A stretch of 64,000 nt of DNA. Source: Octopus sinensis. Its lineage: Eukaryota. Shown here one piece after another: positions 24,622 through 38,369 of this stretch (positions are counted from its first letter, which is position 1; the number at the start of each line of letters is the position of its first letter). Under the pieces are notes generated by a model that was not told where the DNA came from, ran no database searches, and saw only the letters and a list, made by a program, of their open reading frames with translations. The stretch spans positions 145,824,001 through 145,888,000 of the forward strand of contig NC_042999.1 of the NCBI RefSeq assembly GCF_006345805.1. The letters run 5' to 3'. The position numbers and the translations under genes were made by a program.

Positions 24622-24794
24622 GGCTTTAAATTTTGGCACAAAGTCAGCAGTTTAGTGGGAGGGGTTAGTTGATTACTTCAACCCAAGTACAAGAATGGTA
24701 CTTCAAGTTATCGATCCTGAAAGAGTAAAAAACAGAGTTGAACTCGGCAGAACATAAACGTAGGACATCGCCAATGATTCTGCCAGCTCGCCGC
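24622..24794 (-). mobile_element. SINE family B, degenerate
   Basis: ttttggcacaaagtcagc...ggtacttc...gaactcggcagaac...gattctgccagctcgcc. Confidence 0.7.
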
Positions 24795-25299
24795 GTTATG
24801 TACAATATCAATTATAACAACATATTTTTAAATGTTATTACAATACTACATAAGACTTATTGAAACTCCTGTTGCAATGAATATTTTGAAATATCACTCA
24901 TATCCTTAAATCCTTAAAAATGTTTTAGCCCGAAGGCCGCGGCCATGCTGGGGTACCACCGCTGAAAAGTGGCCAACGACCCTCTGTTATTCTTTCAAAC
25001 ATACACGCACACAATCCCTCATTCTCTCTCTCTCTCTCTCCCCCCCTCTCTCTCACGGACACACGCATATGTCTGATGTGTCAGTATGTACATATTTATT
25101 TTGAAACAGGTTCATAAAAATTATATTCTTCACTATTATAAACATTATTTAGAACATAATGCAGTGATATAAGCAGTACTCTACAGGACAAAATACCTTT
25201 TGCCCAATGTATTTACTATTAGTCCAACGTTCTCTGTTACCAAACGTAATAGACTTAACCAATTATCATGGTCATAATTATTTTCTTCATATCTTGCAG

Positions 25300-25397
25300 A
25301 ATGAACCTTCGCGTGTGAGTGTTCTTCAAATGGTCAAAATTGCGACTGATATTGCCAAGGGATGTCAATATTTAGAAGAACAACATTTTATACACAG
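25300..25397 (+). CDS. ALK: ALK-like exon: subdomain VIa up to HR (98 nt)
   Basis: Acceptor ttgcAG at 25298-25299, donor GTaag at 25398; NEPSRVSVLQMVKIATDIAKGCQYLEEQHFIH(R). Confidence 0.95.
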
Positions 25398-27639
25398 GTA
25401 AGAATGAATTTTGCGCAGAATGTTCATAATGAATATAATGATATAAAATATTAATGACGCAGATGTCATAAAATTAAAATGCAAGTGAGCCAATCCTGCG
25501 ATACTGCTTCAATTCTTAACATGAGCAATGTCCCTCCATCTACAATAGTATATCTTGGTAAAGCATTGAAGACGCAACTGGTATTTTCGTCTCACCTGGA
25601 ATATGGAACTTTTTGTACCTACCTAGTCACAGAAATGCCAATATGTCGATGATATTAATACAAAATATAATTTCATCGTGTATAAATCATCATCAATGCA
25701 TTAAGTGAGCGTCACTTATTCCTTGAACAAACGTTTACTACCATCACTAATGCATTAAACGAAGGCTTGCGGGTCTCACAAGCATTAATGATGGTTAATA
25801 CACTAATTATCAATGTTCTTTTAATTCTGCGATCCCAGTGTTTTGATGTCGCTTTCTCAGTCAACTCTCCAGGAACAAATTTGCATAGTAACTTTTTTGT
25901 ATTTAGATTGTGTGGGAGAAAGTTTACTGCTAAAATTGTGGAGGTTGACATGGCAGTCTCCCTCCTATGAGCACATTTCTTGATCGTCTCATTAAGCCGG
26001 CGGTAATGAGCAATCTAGTAGAATATTGGGGATTAACAACTGTGCTGTTGTTGTTTGTCTCTACATAATATTTTTTTTATTTGGACTGAATGGAATGGAC
26101 AGCGCCTAACGGATGTTATTCAATAATGTTATACATGTATCCGGTTGTTTCATTGTGATTGAAAGCATGTGAATCGGATATTATTGTCTCACGAAGCTAA
26201 CTACTTCAAGAAGCTAACTATATCATGAAGGTATTTTATTTTGAGTATATTGGTTTCGCTATAGAGTAAGATTATAGTCTAATAGTTTACTTTAATATAG
26301 TTTGTTGGGTCTTATTGATGGATAAAGTGGAAGCCATACTAATATTGATATATTCTAGTAATTCATGATCCTTTTGGCTTCAAAACACGCTGGTCCAGTA
26401 AGTATAATTTTACTGAGCTACTTAACATAGAAAGTAATATAAACAGCAAAGAATTTAGAAAAAGCATAAGAAACTACTGCTTCATTTACTCTTTAATAAA
26501 TTCTGTTTGATTATTACGAAATTATAAATAATGCATGTTTCAAGATTATGGATTTGTAATTTTCAAAATCCGTGGCGTACCTAGATAGACTTTATGTACC
26601 ACCAGTATACCGGGGTGCACCATTATAATGTATGATCCAATATATTATTTGTACCCTATATATTTATATATGTTACATACCTATGTATAGTATTTGAGTA
26701 CGTGTATACAAATATATGTACACACACACATACACACACAAACACACGTACATATATATGTATAATTCTTAGTTGTATTGGGTATAATATAAATGATGCA
26801 GATGCATTTATAATAGGTTATACCTTTTATTTCGTTCGATTATTTAGCAGTCAACTATCTTAACCAATAATATAAATGTTGTATCTATAATAAATTACGT
26901 CTTCGTTTCATATTTAGATTTATACGTGTAAATCGCAGCTGAATGACATTGTAGTTTGAGGAGGCCGAAAGATTATGTAAGCTGGTATAGGTATGGTAAT
27001 AAGCTCGTCTAAGTAATGCGAACGTCATCTTGTGACATCATTTTATAGTTATACACACCGCATTTCTTCGATGAAATATATGGAAGATAAAACCAACTTA
27101 GAATTTCATTAATATTACACCAATATTTATTTACTTCCCTTTGACATTGTCATGAATGCTTTCATATTTTATGAAGTCTGATCTCTAGGTTATATGTCTC
27201 TGGACAACATGAAGGTTTACGAGTGCTGACGTCCTGCAAACTTTAATCTCGCTAACACCTGCTGCGTCTAAATTAATCTTGGGTCATTCGGAAGAGAACA
27301 TAGATTCCAGAATAAACTTGATTATCTAGACACACAAATTTACGCAAGCCAGCTAACAGCATGGTTTAAACTGAAAGTAGAGCGAGCGGGCAACAAGGAC
27401 TTAACAAAACCCTCGATATGTCAGAACAACCCTATAAGAAGTTGGGTCCCCTCTGAGCAAGTCAACTGTTTCATAATCACAAGAAGGCATCTGATTTTTT
27501 ATATATTTATTAGATATACATCTTAACTGATTCTGATAAGAAACCTATTCTTCTTTGAATTGTGAGTCTTTCAGCAGCACTACTTTTTTCTTGCATCATT
27601 TATTTGTTTCAGTTTTTGAACAGCGGTCATGCTCGTGTA

Positions 27640-27920
27640 CTCTCTTGAAGACTATTAGAACGAATCGCCACAGTACTTATTTAAACTTGGTATATTCTAT
27701 CGGTTTCTTCTGCCGACCCGCTAGCTTAAGAGGATGCTAAAAATATTAACAATGGTTATTAGGTAGTGATAGGGAAACAAACACAAAGATGAACATACAT
27801 AGTTATTTTTACAACGCGCTTCCTTACGTTTTCTGGATAACAAATTAACTCACAAGGCATTGGTCAGCTATAGTAGATGACACTTGCCCAAAGTGGCTCG
27901 CAGAGGAAGAGAACTCGGTA
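27640..27920 (-). mobile_element. SINE family A, degenerate
   Basis: tattctatcggtttcttctgccgacccgct and ggcattggtcagctatagtagatgacacttgccca are reverse complements of family A tail and core. Confidence 0.65.
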
Positions 27921-28974
27921 TGTTTATAATTGTTTCCTTTCATAAGACCATCCGTCCACTCTCGAAAGTATTGACAGAACCACAGATAAATGAAGGAAAA
28001 TCTATTTTGGTGTTGTTTGGTTTTGTCGAGCTTCTTCCTGTTATATTTTTCTGCCTGTTCAAATTTTCTTCATTTTTCCAAGCTTTTTCTATTCGCTACA
28101 TATAATTTAAGTTCCAGTTCCAACTCATCCATCTTAGTGTCTGAAGTGATGCCGGAATTTGGAACTGGTGCTGTGTTCGAGAGGGGGTTTCAGTAAAAGA
28201 TTGGTGTTTACTTTATCTGGGTACAACTATGACTTCTGATTTTGCCCAACGATCTGCTGGCAACGGTGGCATTTCTAATGTTCTAGCTTCACCTCACATT
28301 TGCGCTTGTTACTGTAATTACTTCTGTCGGTAGAGATCTTTTAAATAACTTCCATTTCCACAGACGAAATATCTTAAAGTATTTGCTTTCCACTACTAAT
28401 AATGAATTCTTCGTTCCTAAGCTTGTATTCTTCTAGAAACACATTATTTCAGAATATATGTTCACCTCAAGCTTGTTACAAAATCATTTATGAAAGTCAC
28501 TACATATCATGGATTCACTTGTGCTCTTATTATAATTGCTATAACATTTATACTACATGTATTTCTAACAAAAGCAGCGTTAGTGTAGTGTCGTTTTTAT
28601 TCGAATATTCTTGGGAATGGAATAAAACTTCTATTGACCTAAAGAAGATACTCTTCCACACTTTTTGTGTGGACTTAGATTCTTTAATAATATTACCAAA
28701 GTTTCTTCTTGAATATATTTTATATTCGCATTCCTTGTGAGAGATGTAACCAAAATCTTTTTTTTTCTATTCCTACTTCTTCATATGAATTTCCATTCCG
28801 TTTTCTCGCGGGGGATACAACGAAATCTTATTTTATGTTTCTTAATTCTCTCCTTAATTTATTCCAGAAAAAATATTTCTTTCACTCCGCTGACCACTTT
28901 TTCCGTGACATGATTAAGTATCAAATATATGCATACGTCTTACGCAAATACCCACACATATGCATTATATATAT

Positions 28975-29067
<93 letters not shown>

Positions 29068-29600
29068 TGTATGTATGTATGTATGTATGTATTGTCACAT
29101 ATATTTTGTTTTTTGCTGCCGGCTTTAACGCTATCACATTATAGTTAACGTTTTTGTTTCTCTATCATCACGTTTTCATGTTATTAGTTGTATTGTTTTT
29201 ATTAGTATTATTACTGTTGCTTGGGCAAATTGTTTACAATGCACCAGAGGATGTTATTTCCTTTCCTCTTCTCTCGTCAAAACGGAGATGTTGACTATCT
29301 AACTTATAGAAATTATGTCCCGCTATTGCCTGTGCAGCTACATCAGGAATTATTTTTGCCTCGAAGGCAAATTAAATATAGAAACAACAAAATGTCTTCC
29401 CCTAAACGACGAAGAAGCATAAACAAGCTGTATTTTTCTATCTTGAAAAAGAAATACGATTAAGGCAAATATTCTTACTTTAGAGAAAACTAATATGATT
29501 ACAAGTCAAAATGTTTTTTCAAGACACGACAATGTAGCAATAATAATAATAATGATAATAATAATAACAATAATAATAATAATAAAAATAATAAAAAAAA

Positions 29601-32600
29601 ACAACAGTAACTGAAGATCTCGCATTTGCTGAAGAACACAGAGAGTCTATGGCAGAAATGAGGCAGAAAATCCTGAATACACTTGAAGTTGTAAGACATA
29701 CAAGTATGAATGATAGAGAACCACTTCATAAACTCTCAAATACAAACCAAAATAAAAAACAAATCCAAATTGGCAACTACGTAACAAATGAAATAATACG
29801 AGAATTAAAACCTGATGTTACTGAGTTAAATGAAATTATTTACGCTTCTGCTAGGGCAATTGAAACCAGCTGTATGCCCCCGAAAAAACAAAGAAAACCA
29901 AACCTGGGAAGAAATCAAACCTGGAGAAGTAAAATTGAAAAAGAGATTGAATTTATGAGAGGGGAAATATCGATATTAATGAACTAATATGTGGAAATGA
30001 TGTAAGATCCAGGACAGGAAGAAAGATGAAGAGAAAATTTGGATCCTCACCAAGAAAAGAACTGATATCAATAAAAGAACGCTGAAACAAAAAGTCCAAG
30101 CAAAAGCCCAAAGAATACGAAGATTTGAGAAGAGAAACAAGTTTTACAAGCAAAATAAGCTGTTCACATCCAATGCCAAAAAATTCTACAGAGAAATAGG
30201 GAAGGAGAAAGTAACCGTTAAAGACCCCCCTCCCATGGAAGAAGTTCAAAACTTTTGGAAAAGTATTTGGAGTGACAAGAAGACGTACAACATAAATGCA
30301 GACTGGATTATACAAACTGAAGGATCCTACCAAAATTTAAAACAAGCATGGGAAGACATCACAATAGCAGACCTAAGAAAGGCACTCACGAAGACCCATA
30401 ATTGGAAATCCCCCGGTAAAGATAGGGTGCCGAATTTCTGGCTCGCATCGCTCCCATGCGCACACGGTAAGCTAGTTCAGCTGCTCAATGGAATTATGAG
30501 AGACCCAAAGAAAACACCTGAATGGTTAGCAAGTGGCATTACTTACCTACTCCCAAAGAATAACGAAACCAACCTTCCAAAAAACTATCGGCCTATAACC
30601 TGTCTATCCACCACTTATAAAATCCTAGCATCTATCCTGGCGGAGAAAACATATGCATTCATGGAGAAGAACGATATTTTCCCCATTGAACAAAAGGGTG
30701 CCGCCGAGGCTCTTACGGATGCAAAGATCACTGCTATCAATCGTATGATCCTTGAGAACTGCCACAACAAGCGCAGAAATCTCAGCACCTCATGGATTGA
30801 CTATAAAAAGGCCTTCGACAGTATACCGCATCCATGGATCTTGAGATCGCTGGACATCTTCAAATTTCCCCTGTGATTTCAAACTTCCTGAAGCACAATA
30901 TGTCGTTGTGGAATACGAATCTCCAATTATACCACTCTAATGGAGTACTTGCCTCAGAAAATATAAACATCAACTGTGGAATGTTCAAGGTGACTCACTT
31001 TCACCTTTATATTCTGCATAGCCCTAATACCCCTACAAGTGAATTAAACAGAACAGGGTATGGGTATAAAATTGCCAATAAAAAAATAAGCCATCTATTT
31101 TATATGGATGACTTAAAACTTTATGGTAAAGACAATAATGAACTTGAAGGCCAATTGCGCACTGTGAAAGCATTCAGCGATGACATCGGGATGGAGTTTG
31201 GACTTGAGAAATGTGCCAAGGCCACTTTCCAGAAAGGGAAAGTGAAGACCACAAATTCAGTCGTGTTAGATGTTGACACAGTCATAAGAGAGCTTGAGCA
31301 AGAACAAATATACAAATATTTAGGGGTAAATGAAGGCTCTGGTATTCAGCATGCAAGCATGAAAGAGAAGATCAGGAAGGAATGTTATAGGAGAGTTCGT
31401 GCAGTCCTGAAATCTGAACTAAATGCACGTAACAAGGTGTTAGCTATAAATTCCTTAGCAGTTCCAGTTGTTACTTATAGCTACAATGTGTTGAACTGGA
31501 ATATGAGTGAAGTAAAAAATATAGATAGGAAAATACGCCAGCTGCTGAGTTGTAATAGGATGCACCACCCAAGCAGACGTAGATCGCCTTTACCTTCCCA
31601 GAGCCCAAGGAGGTCGAGGCCTGATCCAATTTGAACTAGCTTACAAAACAACCACAATTGGACTGGCCAAATATCTCGAAATATCGAATGACTGGATGCT
31701 AAAGCTCGTGGAAAATCACGAGAGACGAAAGAAGCTTCATTCTATCATAAAGGAAAGCAAAAAATTTGCTATTGATCTCGTGCAGGATACCCAAACAGAA
31801 CAACCCGAGGGAAGTACGGCAATTATTGTTGCAAAGAAGGTGAAAATAATGGCAACGAAAAAAGCGCACGAGCAATTGGCTGATAGGGGGAGGAGAAACC
31901 TCTGCACGGCAAATATGTGACCCGCAGCAAACAAGCTGATGTTGACCAGAAGCAAACCCATCAGTGGCTACGGAGCTCAGGGCTAAAAGCAGAGAGCGAA
32001 GGTTTCATCCTGGCTGCTCAAGATCAAAGCCTATTAACCGGAACTACCAGTCAATGTGATGAAAAATGGAGCAGAACCCAAAATGCCGATTCTGCAATGA
32101 CATGATTGAAACAGTGGACCACCTAATCTCTGGATGTAAAGTCTTAGCTCCAGTGGAGTATGAATTAAGACATGACAGAGTTGGCCAATATCTCCACTGG
32201 CTAATAAGTCGGCATTACAATATCAAAACTGCCGACAAGTGGTATAATCACCACCCTGAGGCTGTAACTGAAGGAGAAAATGTAACCATTCTGTGGGACT
32301 TTCCAGTACATACAGACCGAACCATCAAGGCCAATAAACCAGATATTGTTGTGAAAGACCAAAACAATAAAGTTGCTTATTGATCGACATGAACATCCCC
32401 TGTGATCATAATATCTCAGCGAAAGAGTTTGACAAGCTCAGAAAATATAAAGACCTACTCATTGAAATTGAGAAAATGTGGCATCTCAAGGCGGTTACAA
32501 TACCAGTGATCGTAGGAGCACTAGGAATGATCAAGAAGGGAACCGAAAATTATATGAGAATGATCCCTGCTTACCATCCCTGCAAGAAGTGCAAAAGATT

Positions 32601-32817
32601 GTCTTAACTGGTACATCACACGTATTGAGAAGAGCATTGTCGATGTGAGAACTGTTGCTGCTCATGTATTTTAATTTAACTTAAAAAAAAAAAGAAATGA
32701 ACGAACTATTGAGTTTGGTTTAATGGCCTACCAATGTATACTATGAGTTTCTTTGCCCTAGGAGTCGGGAAGACACTCGGCAAGAAATGGATGCAAATTT
32801 GAAAGAAGAAAAAAAAG
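29601..32817 (+). mobile_element. R4/Dong-like RLE non-LTR retrotransposon (RT, zinc knuckle, restriction-like endonuclease, 3' UTR), 5'-truncated, in an (AAT)n tract
   Basis: KTHNWKSPGKD, PKNYRPITCLSTTYK, WIDYKKAFDSIPH, (I)FQGDSLSP, HLFYMDDLKLY, CRFC...HLISGC, RHDRV, KPDIVV, IPVIVGALG; stop at 32646-32648; (AAT)n on both flanks. Confidence 0.95.
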
Positions 32818-32894
32818 TAATAATAATAATAATAATGATAATAATAATAATAATAATAATGATAATAATAATAATAATAATGATAATAATAATA

Positions 32895-32937
<43 letters not shown>

Positions 32938-32938
<1 letters not shown>

Positions 32939-33229
32939 TGGCGAATTGGAGGACGAACCTGACAGCATATGGAAGAAGTTTAGGGACAGGAGAAATTAGG
33001 AGGGGCATCTTCCAAGGGGACTGCCTGTCCCCATTGATCTTTGTACTGTGCTTGATACCACTAATACTGATTCTGAGGAAAGCAAAAGCTGAGTACGTAT
33101 TCAAAAGCCACTAACAAAAAGTCAACCAGTTGTTATTCATGGATGACCTCAAACTTTATGGTAATGATGAAGCCCAACTCAGTTCCCTCGTTGATACGGG
33201 GTATACCTTCAGTGCTGATATCAGAAGGC
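32938..33229 (+). mobile_element. Isolated internal RT fragment of another R4/Dong-like subfamily, bounded by (AAT)n on both sides
   Basis: MANWRTNL...IRRGIFQGDCLSPLIFVLCLIPL...LLFMDDLKLYG...FSADIR. Confidence 0.88.
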
Positions 33230-33291
33230 AATAATAATAATAATAGTAATAATGATAATAATAATGATAATAATTATAATAATAACAATAA

Positions 33292-33600
33292 TCCTTTCTA
33301 TTTTAGGCATTAGGCCTAAAATTCAGGGGCAGGGGAATAATTGGTTATATCACTCCAGTCTTCAATTAGTGGTTATTTTATCGACCCCGAGAACTCAGAA
33401 CGTAAAGACTAACTAAATGCTGGAAAAAATTTTGCTCGGCGTGCTAACGATTCTGTCAGCTTGCCGCCTTGGATATTATTTCGAATAGCACCTCGGTGAA
33501 TTTTGCTTTCATTCCTGCAAGATCGATAAACTAAAGTACCAGTCATATAATGGACCTGTTGTCTTCCCCCAAAATTGCTAGCCTTCTGCCAAAATTCAAA
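33292..33600. mobile_element. Two degenerate SINE family B copies in opposite orientation (minus 33292-33469; plus ~33490-33600)
   Basis: ttattttatcgaccccgag...gtgctaacgattctgtcagcttgccgcc followed by ctcggtgaattttgctttcattcc...tcgataa..aagtaccag. Confidence 0.65.
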
Positions 33601-34321
33601 ACATTTTCTATTTATTCGTTTTGGATGATATTTTTCCAAGCAATAACTATTTGGTGCATCTACTGTACAACCTTTCGTTCACTTTCTGCTGATTGTAGGT
33701 TTGGGTCACGAGAGTTTATCGGATGGTGTCCAACTTTTCTTTGTGACCCAACCAGAAGGTACAGCACCCTTAAGTTAAAGAGCTAGCAGTGATAGTTAGT
33801 CACGACCACACATATTTTTCAGTACCAGAAATGGGTTAATTTCACTGCCTCGGACAATCTGCGAGAAACCCTTTTCTTTTTCCTTCTTTCTAATCCCAGC
33901 TGCAGAGAGTTTTCTCTTCTCTATAATATAGTAAATAAATGGAGTTAGATTCACACAAGTCTGTTGCATTTTCCCTATCACCGGCTTTAAGCTATCAACC
34001 AATGCTCTGAGAGACATGAGATTCCACCTGTCTCACTGTTGGTTCAGTGCAGTTTTGTATCCTGCCTTGTATGTACAGGAAAGTGTCTGTTCCTATCCGT
34101 AACCAGCACAGTGGATCCATTCTCATTACCCAATCTACTCTTTTGATGTTATCAAAGATTCCTTGATATAGTGACCCAATTTGAAAGTACTAACCAATGC
34201 AAAATATTTGTGCATATATATTATTTCGGTCAACAGTTATGTCATTTGGAAAACAAGAACTTAATTATCTGTATCGACAATACAGACTCAACTGATGGCA
34301 ACAGAGAATTTTGAAACCTTT

Positions 34322-34550
34322 GTATCTATCTATCCGCTCAGCCGAAGTCGACTCTCGGTTACTCGATGGATCAGTGTCCTCCAGCCAGTTCTATCCTGGG
34401 TGGCTTCTTTCAGATTGGCTATGTCCATTTCTGTGTCACTCTTGATGGTGTCATGCCAGCGGGTCCTTGGTCGGCCTCTTCTTCTCTTGCCACTGACCAT
34501 TCCGAGCATGATGTCCTTCTCCTCACCGTGGTTCTGGGAGTAGCAACAGC
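34322..34550 (-). mobile_element. RTE LINE 3' end
   Basis: EKDIMLGMVSGKRRRGRPRTRWHDTIKSD...EATQDRTGWRTLIHRVTESRLRLSG followed by a (GATA)n tail. Confidence 0.88.
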
Positions 34551-37383
34551 ATATGGTAAGTATGCTGGCTAAACGTCTCTGGCCAGGGGAAAGACCTGGC
34601 CACCTACCCCAGTATCTTGGCCAATATACTCTATGGTTCAAAAGAAACCTTTGTACAAAACGAAATATTCTTAGGTGTTACACTCAATGAACCTATTTGC
34701 CATATTCACGTGTTATTGACCCGAGCTTTTTACCTGGATTAATGTGTCTCACTTTCAAAAAATAGCTTCATTCATTAAAGTACCAATCATTTGAACTACC
34801 CTGTATATTCAAGATGAAATTACAGAGTACAAACTCTTTGCAAGCGACTTTGTCAATTTTTACAGGTATTCTCTCTATAGAGAGCAGCACACAAACAAAT
34901 GACTGAAAAGAGTTAACTTATAAACTATTTGTTAATACTTTTATGAGACGGGGGTAACTTATCACATAAACAAAAAATATAATTATAGACTTTTGGTCAT
35001 GCGCCTGTGTCAGAAACTATCAAAAGAAATGGATTGGTAGAATCCTTAGATCAACTGAAAAGTTGAAAATTTTCATATTTGATGCTTGAATATAAAATTA
35101 GTTTTCTTGCATATTTAATGAAACAATGAAACTTGCTAACGAAATGTTTATTGACGACTTTATATCCAATAGAATATTTTAAAATAAATTTCATATTTAA
35201 CTTGTTTATAAACCGATATAAATTTCACATTTAATTTGCGTATAAACTGACAAACTTGATTTGTTATTAATGTACATATCATTTTTTAATAATTTTTTTT
35301 AATAGAGGGGATGCAAAGTCGCAAAAAGTAGAACATTTTATGCCAAAATTTCATGACAATTTAAAAGAAAAAGTTTCAATGGCGGTAATTCAGCACATGT
35401 CCAATATACACAAGCTTTTCTCACTTAAGTTCAAATCCGTCGGAAGTCAGCTTTACCATTCAGCCTTCTGTGTATAATATGGTACCAGCCATGTATTAGG
35501 ATCGATATAATTGAACAATCCCAACCCATAAACTTTTGGCCATGTGTCCATATCAGAAACTATCAAAGAAAATGACTTAGAAGGATCCTTAGACCTTTGG
35601 TCAGATGACTTGCCGGATATTTTCTGGCTATTTACATTCTGAATTCCAATCCCGCCAAAGTTAATATTCCTTTTCCACCCTCCGGGGACGATGAAATGAA
35701 TTACCAGCCATGTTCTTGGTCAACTTAATCGATTAAAAAAATCCCTCCTTTTAAATTTTCATTTATGCCTGAATTCACTTAACATAAAATATCCAGTAAC
35801 ACACACGTCATCATTTAAAACATAGATAGTGTGGTCAACGTACACTATGTCTGATCTCAAAAGTATGATCACCACAGTTACATTTTTGATGACAAGTATC
35901 CTCTATCAGAGCTGACCCGCGGTTAAATAACAACGACAGTCATGGTCATCGATAAAAAAAAATCAAATTTGCTTTATCCAGTCTCCACGATAACAATCTT
36001 TATCAACGATGCAATTGTGTGGCAATGAACATCTAAGCGAATGCAAAAGGGCTTATGCTAAGGATTTAAAGCCTGCTCTTTATAATAGGAATGCACTGTT
36101 GTTGATTTAATTGAATTCAATATAGTTTCTAAAGAGTTGAATAAGTTCAATTGTTTCGTGAGGTGAAGAATATAGCGACTGAGGCGCTTGCTCTTCTGAA
36201 TGTAAGGAAGTAAGTGTATTGGTGCTTCAGCTGTAAGCTGGTGGCAGCAAAACAACAGGAAAAACATTATCTTTACGTTTATCTGTATATCTAAATTTAC
36301 CAGGGCTAGTGTTATCCCTCTATCAATGACAGATTTATTCGATTATACTAAACGTCTACAAAAGAAAAAAGAAATAATTATTTTATAGGTTTATTATTTT
36401 TATATTTTATGTCACTAGTTTCATTGATTGGATTCCGATCATACTGGGGATTCGTCTTCACTAGTTTTAGTCGATTATAACGAATTAAGTATTTTGCCTG
36501 GTATATATTTAATTGACTTAGGATGGGAACACAAGATGAATACAGCAAAACGTAACAGGAGGCCGCTGAAACAGATCGAAATAGCACGAAGTATTTTCAG
36601 AGGACGCATGGATTGTCCTCTATTCCACACGGGCACGCATACAGATCGGTACCTTTGATGGGATTCCTCACAGCTTCCGTCTACCAAATGACACTAAAAA
36701 CTAATAAGCTTATTAGACTCGGGGATACAGTAGAATTCACCCCCCCCCCGCATTGTCTCCTCGTAACTTCGAATCTCCTTGTTGCAGATATAACTGCTTA
36801 ATTGTACAGCAATTTCGATCAAAATCTAATTTATCTTTTACTTTTTCATATTTTAGAAATGCCACTTCATTCAATAAAGATATCGCAAATAGTTATCTGT
36901 TTGTTTTCCAATCAGATAATTATCTTACATAACCAGTTTTCGCATAAATATATTACAAATAATATAGAAACGCCTCGCGATCACATTTGTCGTCTTTTAT
37001 TTCACTGAGTTCTATATTGTGAAACCATTTATTTCTTTTATCTAATTATCTTCCTTCTTTCACGTCTGTACTCTAGGCGTAGCAGCCAGGAACTAACGGC
37101 GCCTACTTGCATGAAAATTTTCACACATACGCAGGAAGAGTAGCGTCACTTCCCACCTGAAGAAATTTGACGATGGGGCATAAGTTTTAGCAGGGAAAAA
37201 ATCGGATACTTTTTTGAACACATCTCGAATATGTTAAATTCTTTTAGATAAGCAGCCTATAATATATGTACTGTATATGAGTTTAATTATTAGCAACACT
37301 TAATATCCTATATATTATTATATTGCAATATTTATGAACAGAATAAGTTGATATATGCATATATGTATGTATGTAAGGCTATA

Positions 37384-37465
<82 letters not shown>

Positions 37466-37479
37466 TATATATATATACG

Positions 37480-38045
37480 TGTGTGTGGGTGTGTGTACAC
37501 ACAAATAGTTTGGCTAAAGCTATTGTTCGTAATAGCATATTTGTAAAATGCAAAGATTTCTTGAATGATTTAGTTCTGCTTTGCTTACCCTTCCATTAGA
37601 TTACATCCATTATCATTTAGGTCCCCGTAACCTGGCGGTTCCGCGAAAGAGATGGAAATAGAATAACTACCAAGGTGAACAAAGAAAATAAGAACTGTGC
37701 TTTGATTTCTTCAATTAAAATTCTTCAAAGTGGTGCCCCAGCAGCCATATTTCAGCAATTAGGCCGTGGTCATGCTGGGGCACCACGAAGAATTTTAATT
37801 GAACGCATCAAAGCACAGTTCTTATTTTCTTTATTCAAATTGGTAGTTATTATATTCCCTTCTCTTTCGTGGAACCGCCAGGTTACGGGGACCTAAATGA
37901 CAATGGATATAATCTAATGGAAGTGTATGCAAAGCAGAACTAAACATAAAACATTAGTGAAATATTTTCGTTTTCCAATATACTATTATGAACATTCGCT
38001 TTAGCTAAACTATTTGTATATACACAAATACACACACACATATGT
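37480..38045. repeat. Imperfect fold-back inverted duplication (~265-bp arms, ~28-nt spacer) containing a family A-like SINE tail
   Basis: 37480-37743 is the reverse complement of 37772-38045, e.g. caaatagtttggctaaagc / gctttagctaaactatttg and catttaggtccccgtaacctggcggttcc / ggaaccgccaggttacggggacctaaatg. Confidence 0.92.
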
Positions 38046-38369
38046 ATGCATGCATGTTTGTATGTAATATATATATATGTATTAAAAGATATAAAAATGA
38101 TATATATATAATATATATATATTATATATAATAGATATATACAAATATATATATATAAATAAAATTATACATATATTCACATAAAAATGATATATACATA
38201 TCTATTATATATATAATATATTTAGCATATATTTTACTTTTTTAGGTATTCTTAGTTACTTTGCAAATCACATTCGTACGTTTCATGAATGAGCGACTCC
38301 GCCTCGGTCACCTGAGATATTTGATCACTTTATAGAGTGTCTGAGTGTCGGTTTGGTGTCTGTAATGGG

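Noticed and set aside
36400-36470. Hammerhead-like gtgaaga...gaaactagtg on the minus strand
   Set aside because: C3 and the cleavage-site residue are non-canonical and stem II is poor; at most a dead relic.
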